From Escherichia coli (GTDB taxonomy: Bacteria > Pseudomonadota > Gammaproteobacteria > Enterobacterales > Enterobacteriaceae): 64,000 bases of DNA. Location: NCBI RefSeq assembly GCF_001677475.2, contig NZ_CP015229.1, one strand, 5' to 3'. Of the stretch, positions 36,616 to 47,190 are shown one piece after another (the stretch's first letter is position 1; each line of letters opens with the position of its first letter). A program made the translations under genes and the position numbers. Under the pieces are notes generated by a model. That model was not told the DNA's origin. It did not search any database and saw only the letters and a program-made list of their open reading frames with translations.

Positions 36616-37725
36616 TCACTTGGCTGCCGTGGATGAACCGTCGGCGTGCCACTGGAAGACACCAAAATCAAATCCCTTAAGATCGCCTTTTTCATCCCAG
36701 TTCAGCGGCCCAATCACGGTGTTTGCACCGTTAGCTTTTAAATCTTTCACCAGCGCCAGCGGCTCATCGCTGCCGGTACGTTCAAGGGCAGTTGCCAGAG
36801 ATTGCACCGCCGCGTAGGTGATCCAGACATAAGGCCCGGACGGATCTTTCTTGTCTGCTTTCAGCGCATCAACGATGCCCTGGTTTGCCGGATCCTGGTC
36901 ATAGCGTTTTGGCATAGTGACCAACATGCCTTCGGCAGCATCGCCAGCAATATTCGACAGCGACGCATTACCCACACCTTCCGGCCCCATAAACTGGGTT
37001 TTCAGGCCAACGGAACGCGCCTGGCGCAGCATCTGCCCCATTTCCGGGTAGTAACCGCCGTAGTAAACAAAGTCGATGTTTTCTTTTTTCAGGCGGGCGA
37101 TCAGCGCGGAAAAATCTTTCTCGCCAGCGGTAATGCCGTCGAAGAAGACGACGTTGGCGTTAGCCACTTTCAGCCCGTCCTGCACCGAACGTGCCAGCCC
37201 TTCGCCATACTGTTGTTTGTCGTGAATGATGGCGATGCGCTGGGGCTTCACCGTCTCAAGAATGTATTTTGCCGCCGTTGGCCCCTGGGAGGAGTCCAGC
37301 CCGGCAGTGCGCATGATGTATTGATAGCCGCGTTGGGTCAGCTCCGGGTTGGTCGCGCCCGGTGAGATCATCAGGATACCTTCATCTTCATAGATATCTG
37401 ACGCAGGCTGGGTAGAAGAAGAACACAGATGACCGATAACGTATTTAATGCCGTCGTTAACGATTTTGTTGGCGACCGCAACGGCTTGTTTCGGGTCGCA
37501 GGCGTCGTCATATTCCACGCCAATCAGCTTGTCGCCCTTAATTCCCCCTTTGGCATTAATGTCTTTAATCGCCTGACGCGCGCCGTTAAATTCCATATCG
37601 CCCCACTGGGCAATCGGGCCGGACATCGCGCCGACAACGGCAACTTTAATATCGTCGGCTAAAGCGGTGTGTGATATTGCCAGTGCAATCATCCCTGCGA
37701 TGATAGTTTTCGCATTCCGTTTCAT
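36616..37725 (-). CDS. livK: Leucine-specific periplasmic binding protein LivK
   Basis: Track ORF 387 aa; conserved start [16 protein letters not shown] (signal peptide) gives 369 aa; close paralogue of livJ. Confidence 0.95.
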   Translation of the reverse strand: MKRNAKTIIAGMIALAISHTALADDIKVAVVGAMSGPIAQWGDMEFNGARQAIKDINAKGGIKGDKLIGVEYDDACDPKQAVAVANKIVNDGIKYVIGHLCSSSTQPASDIYEDEGILMISPGATNPELTQRGYQYIMRTAGLDSSQGPTAAKYILETVKPQRIAIIHDKQQYGEGLARSVQDGLKVANANVVFFDGITAGEKDFSALIARLKKENIDFVYYGGYYPEMGQMLRQARSVGLKTQFMGPEGVGNASLSNIAGDAAEGMLVTMPKRYDQDPANQGIVDALKADKKDPSGPYVWITYAAVQSLATALERTGSDEPLALVKDLKANGANTVIGPLNWDEKGDLKGFDFGVFQWHADGSSTAAK

Positions 37726-38148
37726 AGTCAAAAATCCCCATTCGTGATGTTGTGTTGCTTTGTTTTTATGTGTTAACAAATCAGACTGTTCTTTTTTTAT
37801 ACTGCACTGTTTTTGCCTGTTTGATTAAGGGTTTAGCGCAGTATTTTGTGATAATAGCGATTAAAATCCCTATTTTTCAGTCGATTAAGAACAGATAATA
37901 TTCTGAATTTATTGATAGATAAACAGAAAAAAGCGCCGTTGTCAGCATAAAATAACGGCACAAAGGGCGGAATAATTCACTACCATTCAGGGGATTATGC
38001 TGGGTATTTTTCATTCTCTAATGTTTTAACTTTGTAATTATTGCTGAAAAAAAATTAATCACCTGCCAAAAGAAATAAAAAAGAGAAAGCCTCCGATTAA
38101 ATTATTTCGCTACACTGGTTCCACTTTTGTGATTTACACGGGTTACCC

Positions 38149-38532
38149 ATGAAGCTGACCATCATTCGATTAGAAAAATTTAGCGACCAGGACCGGATTG
38201 ACCTGCAAAAGATCTGGCCGGAGTATTCCCCTTCCTCGTTACAGGTTGACGATAACCACCGTATCTACGCCGCGCGTTTTAACGAGCGCCTGCTCGCTGC
38301 CGTACGGGTAACCTTAAGCGGCACCGAGGGAGCACTGGATTCCCTGCGCGTGCGGGAAGTCACTCGACGTCGCGGTGTGGGGCAATATCTGCTGGAAGAG
38401 GTTTTGCGTAACAATCCTGGCGTTTCATGCTGGTGGATGGCGGATGCAGGCGTGGAAGATCGCGGTGTGATGACGGCGTTTATGCAGGCACTGGGATTTA
38501 CGGCACAGCAGGGCGGCTGGGAGAAGCGTTAA
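38149..38532 (+). CDS. panM: PanD maturation factor PanM/PanZ (GNAT fold)
   Basis: 127-aa ORF; divergent from livK. Confidence 0.85.
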   Translation: MKLTIIRLEKFSDQDRIDLQKIWPEYSPSSLQVDDNHRIYAARFNERLLAAVRVTLSGTEGALDSLRVREVTRRRGVGQYLLEEVLRNNPGVSCWWMADAGVEDRGVMTAFMQALGFTAQQGGWEKR

Positions 38533-38711
38533 TCGCTCTGTGTAAAAAGCAGTTCAATGGATTTGGTTGGGAAAAATAACGCATTTTCGTTTTCCCCGAC
38601 TAAAGGGATAAAGCCCAGCGATTTATAAAACGTATGGGCTTTTTCATTCAGCGCCTCGACAAAAAGACCGTGAATACCTACCGCTAAAGAGGCTGACCAG
38701 ACGACTTTCAT
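38529..38711 (-). pseudogene. C-terminal remnant of a GNAT-family (TacT/AtaT-like) tRNA-acetylating toxin; N-terminal ~100 codons absent
   Basis: 60-aa ORF whose sequence aligns by eye to the C-terminal third of GNAT toxins (e.g. TacT); lies in frame directly after the antitoxin stop. Confidence 0.5.
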
Positions 38712-38732
38712 GGCATGAGCAACAACTAGCGT

Positions 38733-39041
38733 TCAATCACCAGTTATCCCGGAAAACACCTCAAGTTGTTTTGCTGAGCGTTGTAATTTTTCGCCAGGTG
38801 AAGGCGATTTACCCAGTGCATCCATCACTCGCGCCCATGAAGTCTCATTAAGTATTATGCGCTGATGTTGTTCAATAATTTCTAACGCCTGCAGGTGAGC
38901 GCTACTCAATATAAACTGGCTTAAGGACTGTTGGGATATCGCAGCTGCCGTTTCAAACAAACATTTATCATCATCAGTTAAAGACAGCGCAATATGCTGA
39001 TTTTCAACAACAGACATAGTGATTTCCCTTCCACTCATCAA
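38733..39041 (-). CDS. DUF1778-family (TacA/AtaR-like) antitoxin, apparently intact; start may be an internal Met
   Basis: 102-aa ORF with the DUF1778 pattern (ALSLTDDDKCLFETAAAISQQSLSQFILSSA...); canonical position upstream of a GNAT toxin. Confidence 0.55.
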   Translation of the reverse strand: MMSGREITMSVVENQHIALSLTDDDKCLFETAAAISQQSLSQFILSSAHLQALEIIEQHQRIILNETSWARVMDALGKSPSPGEKLQRSAKQLEVFSGITGD

Positions 39042-39204
39042 ATGTACGAAATACTATCGAGTCTCCAGCATAACTCAATTGATCAATCTTTCTACAACCA
39101 TTTCGACAAACATAAAAAACCCGATGGCAGTGCAGCGCATCGGGCATTTTCATTTACGAGATTGCTGGCAAACTAGCTCACTTATTAATACGGGTACGGT
39201 TTTA

Positions 39205-39245
39205 CCCCTCACCCTAACCCTCTCCCCGAAGGGGCGAGGGGACTG
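39205..39245. repeat. GC-rich ~42-bp interspersed palindromic repeat, copy 1 (downstream of livJ)
   Basis: cccctcaccctaaccctctccccgaaggggcgaggggactg; near-identical inverted copy at 49421-49462; possibly a boxC-type element, family not confirmed. Confidence 0.5.
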
Positions 39246-39290
39246 TCCGAGCGCTTTTGAACTTTGTCATCAATCTGATTTATCTGACAA

Positions 39291-40394
39291 TTACTTCGCA
39301 TCGGTCGCCGTGCCGTTGGCGTGCCAGTCAAATACGCCGAACTCAAAGCCTTTCAGATCGCCTTTCTCATCCCACGTCAGCGGCCCCATCACCGTATCAA
39401 CCGAGTTCGCTTTCAGGTATTTGGCGATCTCCGCCGGATCGTCAGACTGATTCAGCCCCGCCTGCAAAGATTGCAGCGCCGCGTAGGTGGTCCAGACGAA
39501 TGCGCCGCTTGGATCCTGTTTTTTCGCTTTGATCGCGTCAACAATCGGTTTGTTCGCCGGAACCTGATCGTAGTTCTTCGGCTTGGTCACCAGCAGTCCT
39601 TCCGCTGACTCGCCCGCGATATTAGACAGCGAGACGTTAGCCACACCTTCCGGCCCCATAAACTGAGTTTTCAGCCCCGCCGCGCGCGCCTGACGCAGGA
39701 TCTGCCCCATTTCCGGGTGATAACCGCCGTAGTAAACGAAGTCGATATTCTCTTTCTTCAGGCGTGCCACCAGCGTCGAGAAATCTTTTTCCCCGGCGGT
39801 GATGCCATCAAAGAACACTACGTTAGCATTGCCTTTCTTCAGGCCGTCCTGCACCGCACGCGCCAGACCTTCGCCGTACTGTTGTTTGTCGTGAACGATA
39901 GCAATACGCTGCGGTTTCACTTTCTCAAGAATATATTTTGCCGCCGTCGGCCCCTGGTCGGAATCCAGGCCGGTGGTGCGCAGGATCAGCTGATAGCCAC
40001 GGGCAGTCAGCTCTGGCGCGGTTGCCGCTGGGGTGATCATTAAAATGCCTTCGTCTTCATAAATGTCAGACGCTGGCTGTGTTGATGAAGAACAGAGGTG
40101 ACCAATGACATATTTAATGCCGTCGTTAACCACTTTGTTCGCCACCGCGACGGCCTGTTTCGGGTCACAGGCATCGTCATATTTTACGATTTGCAGTTTA
40201 TTGCCTTTAATGCCGCCTTTAGCGTTGATATCCGCAACCGCCTGCTCTGCGCCGGTAAACTCCTGATCGCCGTACTGCGCAACCGGACCGGACATTGCGC
40301 CCACGACGGCGACTTTAATATCTTCTGCCAGAGCCATATTGCTGAATGCCAGCGCGATACATCCTGCCAGTAACGCTTTACCCTTTATGTTCAT
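39291..40394 (-). CDS. livJ: Leu/Ile/Val-binding periplasmic protein LivJ
   Basis: Track ORF 386 aa; conserved start [17 protein letters not shown] (signal peptide) gives 367 aa. Confidence 0.95.
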   Translation of the reverse strand: MNIKGKALLAGCIALAFSNMALAEDIKVAVVGAMSGPVAQYGDQEFTGAEQAVADINAKGGIKGNKLQIVKYDDACDPKQAVAVANKVVNDGIKYVIGHLCSSSTQPASDIYEDEGILMITPAATAPELTARGYQLILRTTGLDSDQGPTAAKYILEKVKPQRIAIVHDKQQYGEGLARAVQDGLKKGNANVVFFDGITAGEKDFSTLVARLKKENIDFVYYGGYHPEMGQILRQARAAGLKTQFMGPEGVANVSLSNIAGESAEGLLVTKPKNYDQVPANKPIVDAIKAKKQDPSGAFVWTTYAALQSLQAGLNQSDDPAEIAKYLKANSVDTVMGPLTWDEKGDLKGFEFGVFDWHANGTATDAK

Positions 40395-40665
40395 CCTGAG
40401 AATCCCCATTCTTCTGGTTATTACGTGTGTTGTGATGTTGTTGTTCAGCACTTTATTTCGTTTTATGCATGACTACCCGTGCTTTAGCAGCATACTCTGC
40501 TAAAACATACCCGATTTTTATGATATTGGAATAGCTATTTTGACAGTTTATTAACAATCTGCGTGGGGATTGGCGTTTTGCCGGAGGGGGAAACTGATTA
40601 TTGCAGAGGCCCAAAAAACAAAAACCCCGGATTCTCATCCAGGGTTCTCTGCTTAGTAGCGGAAA

Positions 40666-41520
40666 TTACGCTTCAATGGCAGCGCGAAGTTTTTTCATCG
40701 CGTTCTTTTCCAGCTGGCGCACACGCTCAGCGGAAACACCGTAACGGTCAGCCAGTTCCTGCAACGTGGACTTGTTGTCTTCGTCCAGCCAGCGCGCGCG
40801 GATGATATCCTGGCTACGCTCGTCCAGACCTTGCATCGCGTCGGTCAGACGGTTTGCCGCCTGCTCTTCCCAGTTATCATCTTCGATGCCGTCGGCAAAG
40901 TTAGATGATTTATCCTGCAGATAGAGCACCGGTGCCATCGGCTGGCTGTCGGAATCGTCGTCGGAAGACAGGTCAAAGGTCATGTCCTGTGCCGCCATAC
41001 GTGATTCCATCTCACGTACGTCTTTGCTGGTTACGCCCAGTTCACGGGCCACCATTTCGACTTCATCCTGGTTAAACCAGCCCAGACGCTGCTTGGTTTT
41101 ACGCAGGTTGAAGAACAGTTTGCGCTGCGCTTTGGTGGTCGCAACTTTGACGATACGCCAGTTACGCAGAACGTATTCGTGGATCTCTGCTTTGATCCAG
41201 TGAACGGCGAAGGAGACCAGGCGCACACCCACTTCCGGGTTGAAACGGCGCACTGCTTTCATCAGGCCGATGTTACCTTCCTGAATCAAATCCGCCTGTG
41301 GCAGGCCATAGCCCGCATAATTACGAGCAATATGAACAACAAACCGCAGGTGAGACAGGATCAGCGTTTTAGCTGCTTCCAGATCGCCATGGTAATGCAG
41401 CTTTTCAGCCAGCGCCCGCTCCTCGTCAGCCGACAACATCGGCCACGCGTTAGCTGCCCGGATGTAGGAATCCAGGTTGCCAACTGGGGCTAAAGCTAAA
41501 CTTTGCATTTTGTCAGTCAT
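40666..41520 (-). CDS. rpoH: Heat-shock sigma factor RpoH (sigma-32)
   Basis: 284-aa ORF; sigma-70-family regions 2 and 4. Confidence 0.95.
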   Translation of the reverse strand: MTDKMQSLALAPVGNLDSYIRAANAWPMLSADEERALAEKLHYHGDLEAAKTLILSHLRFVVHIARNYAGYGLPQADLIQEGNIGLMKAVRRFNPEVGVRLVSFAVHWIKAEIHEYVLRNWRIVKVATTKAQRKLFFNLRKTKQRLGWFNQDEVEMVARELGVTSKDVREMESRMAAQDMTFDLSSDDDSDSQPMAPVLYLQDKSSNFADGIEDDNWEEQAANRLTDAMQGLDERSQDIIRARWLDEDNKSTLQELADRYGVSAERVRQLEKNAMKKLRAAIEA

Positions 41521-41626
41521 TCAAATCCTCTCAATCGATATCTTCTGGCGCTTCAGTGGTAGCAACAACTGTGCCAGAGCTTAAGAGCAACGAGGTTATC
41601 ATTCACTGTTTTATCAGACCGTGATT

Positions 41627-41635
41627 TTATCCACA
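41627..41635. promoter_or_regulatory. DnaA box in the rpoH multi-promoter region
   Basis: Exact consensus 9-mer TTATCCACA about 110 nt upstream of rpoH. Confidence 0.5.
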
Positions 41636-41764
41636 AGTTCAATGCAAGCTTGTGAATAAATTACGCACAAAATGTGACATAGAGATGAAATACCGGGAAG
41701 AGACAACGGGGTCTCTTTCCCTGCTACGGAACCCATTGCAGGGAAAGAGTATAACACGCTTTTA

Positions 41765-42823
41765 TTATTCAGGCGTAAAGTGGCGTAAATGTTGTACCGT
41801 GGCAAGCCACGCTGCCACCCAGCCAATCATCGAGCATACCAGCAGCAATAGCAGGCATTCATCGAACGATAAACCATTGATATCAAACTTCGTTCCGAAA
41901 ACCTGTGCCACTTCCGCAACCGCCGATGACAATCGCAGTACCAGAATTTCTGACAAAATTAGTGACAACAATGCGCCAGAAAACCCCAGCAATGCGCCAC
42001 CATACAGGAACGGGCGCAGGATGAAACCATCCGTTGCACCAATCAGTTTCTGCACGTTAATGGAGTCACGACGAGCAAAGATACTCAGGCGTACACTGTT
42101 ACCGATGACGAGGAACACTGCCGCCACCATCAACACGCCGATCATCGCCGAAACGCGCCCGACCAGCCCGGTCAACGCCGCCAGACGGGCAAACCAGCTG
42201 TCATCCATCCGCACTTCGTCAATGCCGTTAATCTGCGTGATACGATCACGCAGCGTATTGAGTGATTCCGTCCCCTGAAAATCGAGTTTCGGGATCACCA
42301 CCGCCACTGCCGGAAGCGGGTTTTCTTCCAGCATATCCAGCGCACCACCAAAACCAGACCAGTTACGGAACTCGCCCAGTGCGTCTTCACGAGAAAGATA
42401 GTTCACTTTCTCCACGCCTTGCTCGGCCTGCAACTGTGCCACCACGCCCGCAGCGGCGTCATCGTCCAGCGTTTTTTGCAGATAAACAGTGATTTGCGGT
42501 GACGGATAATACTGCGTCGCCGCCTGATTAACGTTTTTGTACACCATATAACAGACGCTGGGCAGCGTCAGGGAGATGGCGATAACCATCACCGTTAAAA
42601 ATGTGGCGAACGGTTTGCTTTTCAGATCCTGCAATGCGCCGTGGAAGGCATAGCGCACCTGTTCGTTGAAAACGTTGGTTTTGCGATTAACCGGTTTTGG
42701 CGAGGATTTCGCGCGTTTCGGCGCGTTACGACCGCCGTCGCCAGAGCCGCCGACCGATTTACGGAAGCGATCAAGACGCCCGCCAAACTGCCGAATATGA
42801 TTGATTGCATCGCGCTTATTCAT
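41765..42823 (-). CDS. ftsX: Cell-division ABC-transporter-like permease FtsX
   Basis: Track ORF 361 aa; conserved start [15 protein letters not shown] gives 352 aa; overlaps the ftsE stop. Confidence 0.95.
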
Positions 42824-43484
42824 GGCCCACGCCTCCATGCAAGTGACCATCGCTCAGGGTGAGCATGCGATAGGAACGCCGCGAAATCAGGTTGATGTCG
42901 TGCGTTGCCATCAATACGGTTACCCCAACGCGGTTAAACTCTTCAAACAGACGTAAAATGCCTTCCGACAGCGCGTCGTCCAGGTTACCGGTCGGTTCGT
43001 CCGCCAGAAGTACCGCAGGCTTGTTCACCACCGCGCGGGCAATGCCAACACGCTGTTGTTCACCGCCGGAAAGCTGAATAGGAAAGTTCTTCGCTTTGTC
43101 CAGTAGCCCGACTTTATCCAGTGCCGCCGATACACGACGACGAATATCGTCACCGCTGGCACCGGCGATAATCAGCGGGATCGCCACGTTATCGTAGACA
43201 GTACGGTCCATCAGTAGATGGTGATCCTGGAAAATCATGCCAATCTGGCGGCGCAGAAACGGAACTTCACGGTTTTTCAGACGCGTGATGTCATGGCCGC
43301 TAAACCAGATTTTCCCGGCGCTGGGCCGCTCAATCCCACAGATCAGCTTCAGGAGGGTACTTTTCCCTGCGCCGGAATGACCGGTCAGAAACGCCATCTC
43401 ACCCGGCTGCATATGGAACGTAACGCCCTGCAGCGCCTGTCTCCCACCGAGATAAGCCTTGCTGACATGTTCAAAGCGAATCAT
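42816..43484 (-). CDS. ftsE: Cell-division ATP-binding protein FtsE
   Basis: 222-aa ORF; Walker [10 protein letters not shown] and signature LSGGEQQRV. Confidence 0.95.
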
Positions 43485-43486
43485 TG

Positions 43487-44983
43487 TTAATCCTCTCGGG
43501 CAAAAAGTGCCTCTATAAAGTCGTCCGCCTTAAACGGACGCAAATCCTCAATACGTTCGCCGACACCAATGTAGCGGATAGGGATACCAAACTGGTCAGC
43601 CACCGAGAAAATTACCCCGCCTTTCGCCGTGCCGTCCAGTTTCGTTAGCGTGATGCCGGTTAAGCCAACAGCTTCGTGGAACAGTTTGGCCTGGCTTACC
43701 GCGTTCTGCCCGGTGCTGGCATCAATAGTCAGCATAACTTCATGCGGCGCTTCAACGTCGAGTTTCTTCATCACGCGGACGATTTTCTTCAACTCTTCCA
43801 TCAGATGCGATTTGTTCTGCAGACGTCCGGCGGTATCGGCAATCAGGACGTCGATATTACGCGCTTTAGCGGCCTGAATGGCGTCGAAGATAACAGAGGC
43901 GGAATCCGCACCGGTATGCTGGGCAATCACCGGAATATTGTTGCGCTGACCCCAGACCTGAAGCTGTTCAACCGCTGCCGCACGGAAAGTATCGCCCGCC
44001 GCCAGCATCACCGATTTACCCTGCTGCTCAAACTGACGCGCCAGCTTACCAATCGTCGTGGTTTTACCCACACCGTTGACGCCCACCATCAGGATCACGA
44101 ACGGCGTTTTACCTTCAACATTCAGCGGCTCATCGACTTTCGCCAGAATCTCGCCCATCTCTTCTTTCAGCAGGCCATAGAGCGCCTCGGCATCACGAAG
44201 CTGCTTGCGGGATGCGCCTTCTGTCAGATTGGTGATAATTTTACGTGTGGTTTCCACGCCCACATCGGCGATCAACAGCTGTTCTTCCAGCTCTTCAAAC
44301 AGATCATCGTCGATTTTTTTACCGCGGAACAGGCTGATAAATCCGGAACCGAGATTTTCTTTAGTTTTTAACAGGCTGCGTTTCAGGCGCGCGAAGAAAC
44401 CTTCTTTGGTCGGTTTTTCCTGCTCCTGAGCGATTTCTTCTACCGGCTGCTCTTCTTCTGCCGGAGGAACCACCATCACCGCCTCTTCTGCCGCTTCAGC
44501 AGCCAGCGCCTGTGCTTCCAGCTCTTCGTCGGTGATTTCTTCTTTAGCCGCTTCTTCTTCCGCCGCTTCGACAATCTCTACGGTTTCCGCTTCGGCCTGC
44601 CACTCTTCTGGCGAAACCTCTTCGGCTTTGACGTCTTCCGGCAACGGCAGCTCTTCACGCTCGATAGCCACTGGCTCCGGCGTTTCTTCTACGACCAGTT
44701 CCGGCTGTGCAACGACTTCCGCTTCAGGCTGCGCTTTTTCACTTTCAGCAACCTGTTCAGTGACTTCCACAACGTCGGCAGCAAAAGTTTCCGCCTCAGC
44801 TTCAGTATGCGCCTGCGGCTGCTCTTCAACGGCGTGTTCAGAAGCCTTCACAGGCTCTTGCGCCTGAACGATTTCTTCTACAACCGGTTGTTCATTCTGA
44901 ACTTCTGTCTCTTTTTCCGGGGTCTGCTCTTTTTGACCAAAGCCCAGCCAGGAAAAAAAGCCACGTTTTTTTTCTTTCGCCAT
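43487..44983 (-). CDS. ftsY: Signal recognition particle receptor FtsY
   Basis: 498-aa ORF; acidic N-terminal domain and C-terminal SRP GTPase domain (GVNGVGKTTT). Confidence 0.95.
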   Translation of the reverse strand: MAKEKKRGFFSWLGFGQKEQTPEKETEVQNEQPVVEEIVQAQEPVKASEHAVEEQPQAHTEAEAETFAADVVEVTEQVAESEKAQPEAEVVAQPELVVEETPEPVAIEREELPLPEDVKAEEVSPEEWQAEAETVEIVEAAEEEAAKEEITDEELEAQALAAEAAEEAVMVVPPAEEEQPVEEIAQEQEKPTKEGFFARLKRSLLKTKENLGSGFISLFRGKKIDDDLFEELEEQLLIADVGVETTRKIITNLTEGASRKQLRDAEALYGLLKEEMGEILAKVDEPLNVEGKTPFVILMVGVNGVGKTTTIGKLARQFEQQGKSVMLAAGDTFRAAAVEQLQVWGQRNNIPVIAQHTGADSASVIFDAIQAAKARNIDVLIADTAGRLQNKSHLMEELKKIVRVMKKLDVEAPHEVMLTIDASTGQNAVSQAKLFHEAVGLTGITLTKLDGTAKGGVIFSVADQFGIPIRYIGVGERIEDLRPFKADDFIEALFARED

Positions 44984-45132
44984 TTGCGACTACACTCCTC
45001 GCTGTTGCTTCATGGCACAGCGTTAACGCTATGTACATAGCAGCTAAAAAAATGATGAAATAGTCTATCACTTAACTTAATTCACATCACCGCCTGCAAG
45101 TATGTGTTATCTGGCGGATTGAGCAATTTATC

Positions 45133-45729
45133 ATGAAAAAACCGAATCATTCCGGCAGCGGCCAAATCCGCATTATTGGCGGGCAGTGGCGAGGCCGTAA
45201 ACTCCCGGTTCCTGATAGCCCAGGTCTGCGCCCCACCACAGACCGCGTACGCGAAACGTTGTTTAACTGGCTGGCTCCGGTCATTGTTGATGCCCAATGT
45301 CTGGATTGCTTCGCCGGGAGCGGCGCGCTGGGGCTGGAAGCGTTATCGCGCTACGCTGCGGGGGCCACGTTGATTGAGATGGATCGCGTGGTTTCTCAGC
45401 AGTTAATTAAGAATCTGGCGACACTAAAAGCAGGCAATGCACGCGTGGTGAACAGCAACGCAATGTCATTCCTGGCGCAAAAAGGCACACCGCATAATAT
45501 CGTGTTTGTCGATCCACCGTTCCGCCGTGGCTTGTTAGAAGAGACGATAAATTTACTGGAAGATAACGGCTGGCTGGCTGACGAAGCCCTGATTTATGTC
45601 GAAAGCGAAGTCGAAAACGGTCTGCCCACTGTTCCGGCAAACTGGTCATTACATCGGGAAAAAGTGGCGGGTCAGGTGGCTTATCGGCTGTATCAACGCG
45701 AAGCACAAGGAGAAAGTGATGCTGATTAA
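45133..45729 (+). CDS. rsmD: 16S rRNA (guanine966-N2)-methyltransferase RsmD
   Basis: 198-aa ORF; SAM-binding motif (DCFAGSGALGLEALSR) and DPPF catalytic motif. Confidence 0.9.
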   Translation: MKKPNHSGSGQIRIIGGQWRGRKLPVPDSPGLRPTTDRVRETLFNWLAPVIVDAQCLDCFAGSGALGLEALSRYAAGATLIEMDRVVSQQLIKNLATLKAGNARVVNSNAMSFLAQKGTPHNIVFVDPPFRRGLLEETINLLEDNGWLADEALIYVESEVENGLPTVPANWSLHREKVAGQVAYRLYQREAQGESDAD

Positions 45730-45988
45730 TATTGGTCGTTTGTTAATGCTCTGCGTTTGGGGATTTTTAATCCTCAACCTGGTGCATCCCTTCCCACGCC
45801 CGCTGAATATTTTCGTTAACGTGGCGCTGATTTTTACCGTGCTGATGCATGGTATGCAGTTGGCGCTATTGAAATCCACCTTACCGAAAGATGGCCCGCA
45901 GATGACCACCGCCGAAAAGGTGCGGATTTTCCTTTTCGGCGTGTTTGAACTGCTGGTCTGGCAGAAGAAATTTAAAGTTAAAAAATAA
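45719..45988 (+). CDS. yhhL: Small inner-membrane protein YhhL (DUF1145)
   Basis: Conserved 89-aa product starts at internal Met (MLINIGRLLMLCVWG...) and overlaps the rsmD 3' end by about 11 nt. Confidence 0.8.
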   Translation: MLINIGRLLMLCVWGFLILNLVHPFPRPLNIFVNVALIFTVLMHGMQLALLKSTLPKDGPQMTTAEKVRIFLFGVFELLVWQKKFKVKK

Positions 45989-45990
45989 CC

Positions 45991-46350
45991 TTATTGTTCG
46001 CCTATAAAGCTGACAAAGCGCGTTCCTTTATAGCTCAGCGTACCTATATCGCCCACTGTCAGGGCGTGGTACTGCTGGGCGTCGAGGCGAAACGTCTGCT
46101 CCATTCCTCCGCTTTGCGGTTTGAAGCTTGCCTCATAGCGCATACTGGTGCCTGCCGGAGTCACTTCCTGCTGGCGCGAACGGCGATCGTTAATCGGTTT
46201 TTCCCGCTTGTTGCTCACCATCACCAGCTTTTGCTGGAGCGGCGCCATATCATTATCAGCTTTTTCCCGTCGTTGTTGCATAAAACGAAACGATGCGGCG
46301 ACGATGATTAAGCCAATGATAACAATAAAGAAAAGAGGTGGTTTACTCAT
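45991..46350 (-). CDS. yhhM: DUF2500 membrane-anchored protein YhhM
   Basis: 119-aa ORF with one N-terminal TM helix. Confidence 0.8.
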   Translation of the reverse strand: MSKPPLFFIVIIGLIIVAASFRFMQQRREKADNDMAPLQQKLVMVSNKREKPINDRRSRQQEVTPAGTSMRYEASFKPQSGGMEQTFRLDAQQYHALTVGDIGTLSYKGTRFVSFIGEQ

Positions 46351-46490
46351 CTTTATCCCTCATCGGAAAATGCGGAAATAAGCATACCCTGCCAGTTATG
46401 GTGTTGTCATCCGTCCACCCTCGCCACTAAACTGGAAGCAAGACCGTAGGCATTCCGCTTACGAAAAAATAACGAATTCAAGGAACTAAG

Positions 46491-47117
46491 ATGCTTTGGT
46501 CGTTTATCGCTGTCTGTCTTTCCGCATGGCTATCTGTGGATGCATCGTATCGTGGGCCAACCTGGCAACGCTGGGTGTTTAAACCGTTAACCCTTCTTCT
46601 CCTGCTGTTACTGGCCTGGCAAGCGCCGATGTTCGACGCCATTAGCTATCTGGTGCTGGCAGGGCTGTGCGCCTCACTGCTGGGCGATGCGCTAACCCTG
46701 TTGCCACGTCAACGTCTGATGTACGCCATCGGCGCGTTTTTCCTCTCGCACCTGCTGTACACCATCTATTTCGCCAGTCAGATGACGCTCTCTTTCTTCT
46801 GGCCTCTGCCACTGGTGTTGCTGGTTCTGGGTGCGCTGTTACTGGCGATTATCTGGACGCGGCTGGAAGAGTACCGTTGGCCTATCTGCACGTTTATCGG
46901 CATGACGCTGGTGATGGTGTGGCTGGCAGGTGAACTTTGGTTCTTCCGTCCGACCGCTCCGGCGCTCTCTGCGTTTGTTGGCGCTTCATTGCTGTTTATC
47001 AGTAACTTTGTCTGGCTGGGTAGCCACTATCGCCGCCGCTTCCGGGCAGATAACGCGATTGCTGCGGCCTGCTACTTTGCCGGTCATTTCCTCATCGTCC
47101 GCTCGCTGTATCTCTGA
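46491..47117 (+). CDS. yhhN: YhhN-family inner-membrane protein
   Basis: 208-aa polytopic ORF upstream of zntA. Confidence 0.85.
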
Positions 47118-47124
47118 TAAAACT

Positions 47125-47156
47125 TGACTCTGGAGTCGACTCCAGAGTGTATCCTT
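47125..47156 (+). promoter_or_regulatory. zntA promoter with ZntR (MerR-family) operator
   Basis: -35 ttgact and -10-like tatcct separated by about 20 bp, spanning a perfect 22-bp palindrome actctggagtcgactccagagt. Confidence 0.65.
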
Positions 47157-47190
47157 CGGTTAATGAGAAAAAACTTAACCGGAGGATGCC

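Noticed and set aside
38994-39450. Plus-strand ORFs of 60 and 143 aa across the antitoxin–livJ interval
   Set aside because: They span the GC-rich palindromic repeat and run antisense to the antitoxin and the livJ 3' end; no coding signal.
43676-44867. 231-aa and 111-aa plus-strand ORFs and a repetitive acidic stretch
   Set aside because: Antisense to ftsY or a frame artefact; the repetitiveness reflects the Glu/Ala-rich acidic N-terminal domain of FtsY (coding low complexity), not a tandem repeat or CRISPR array.
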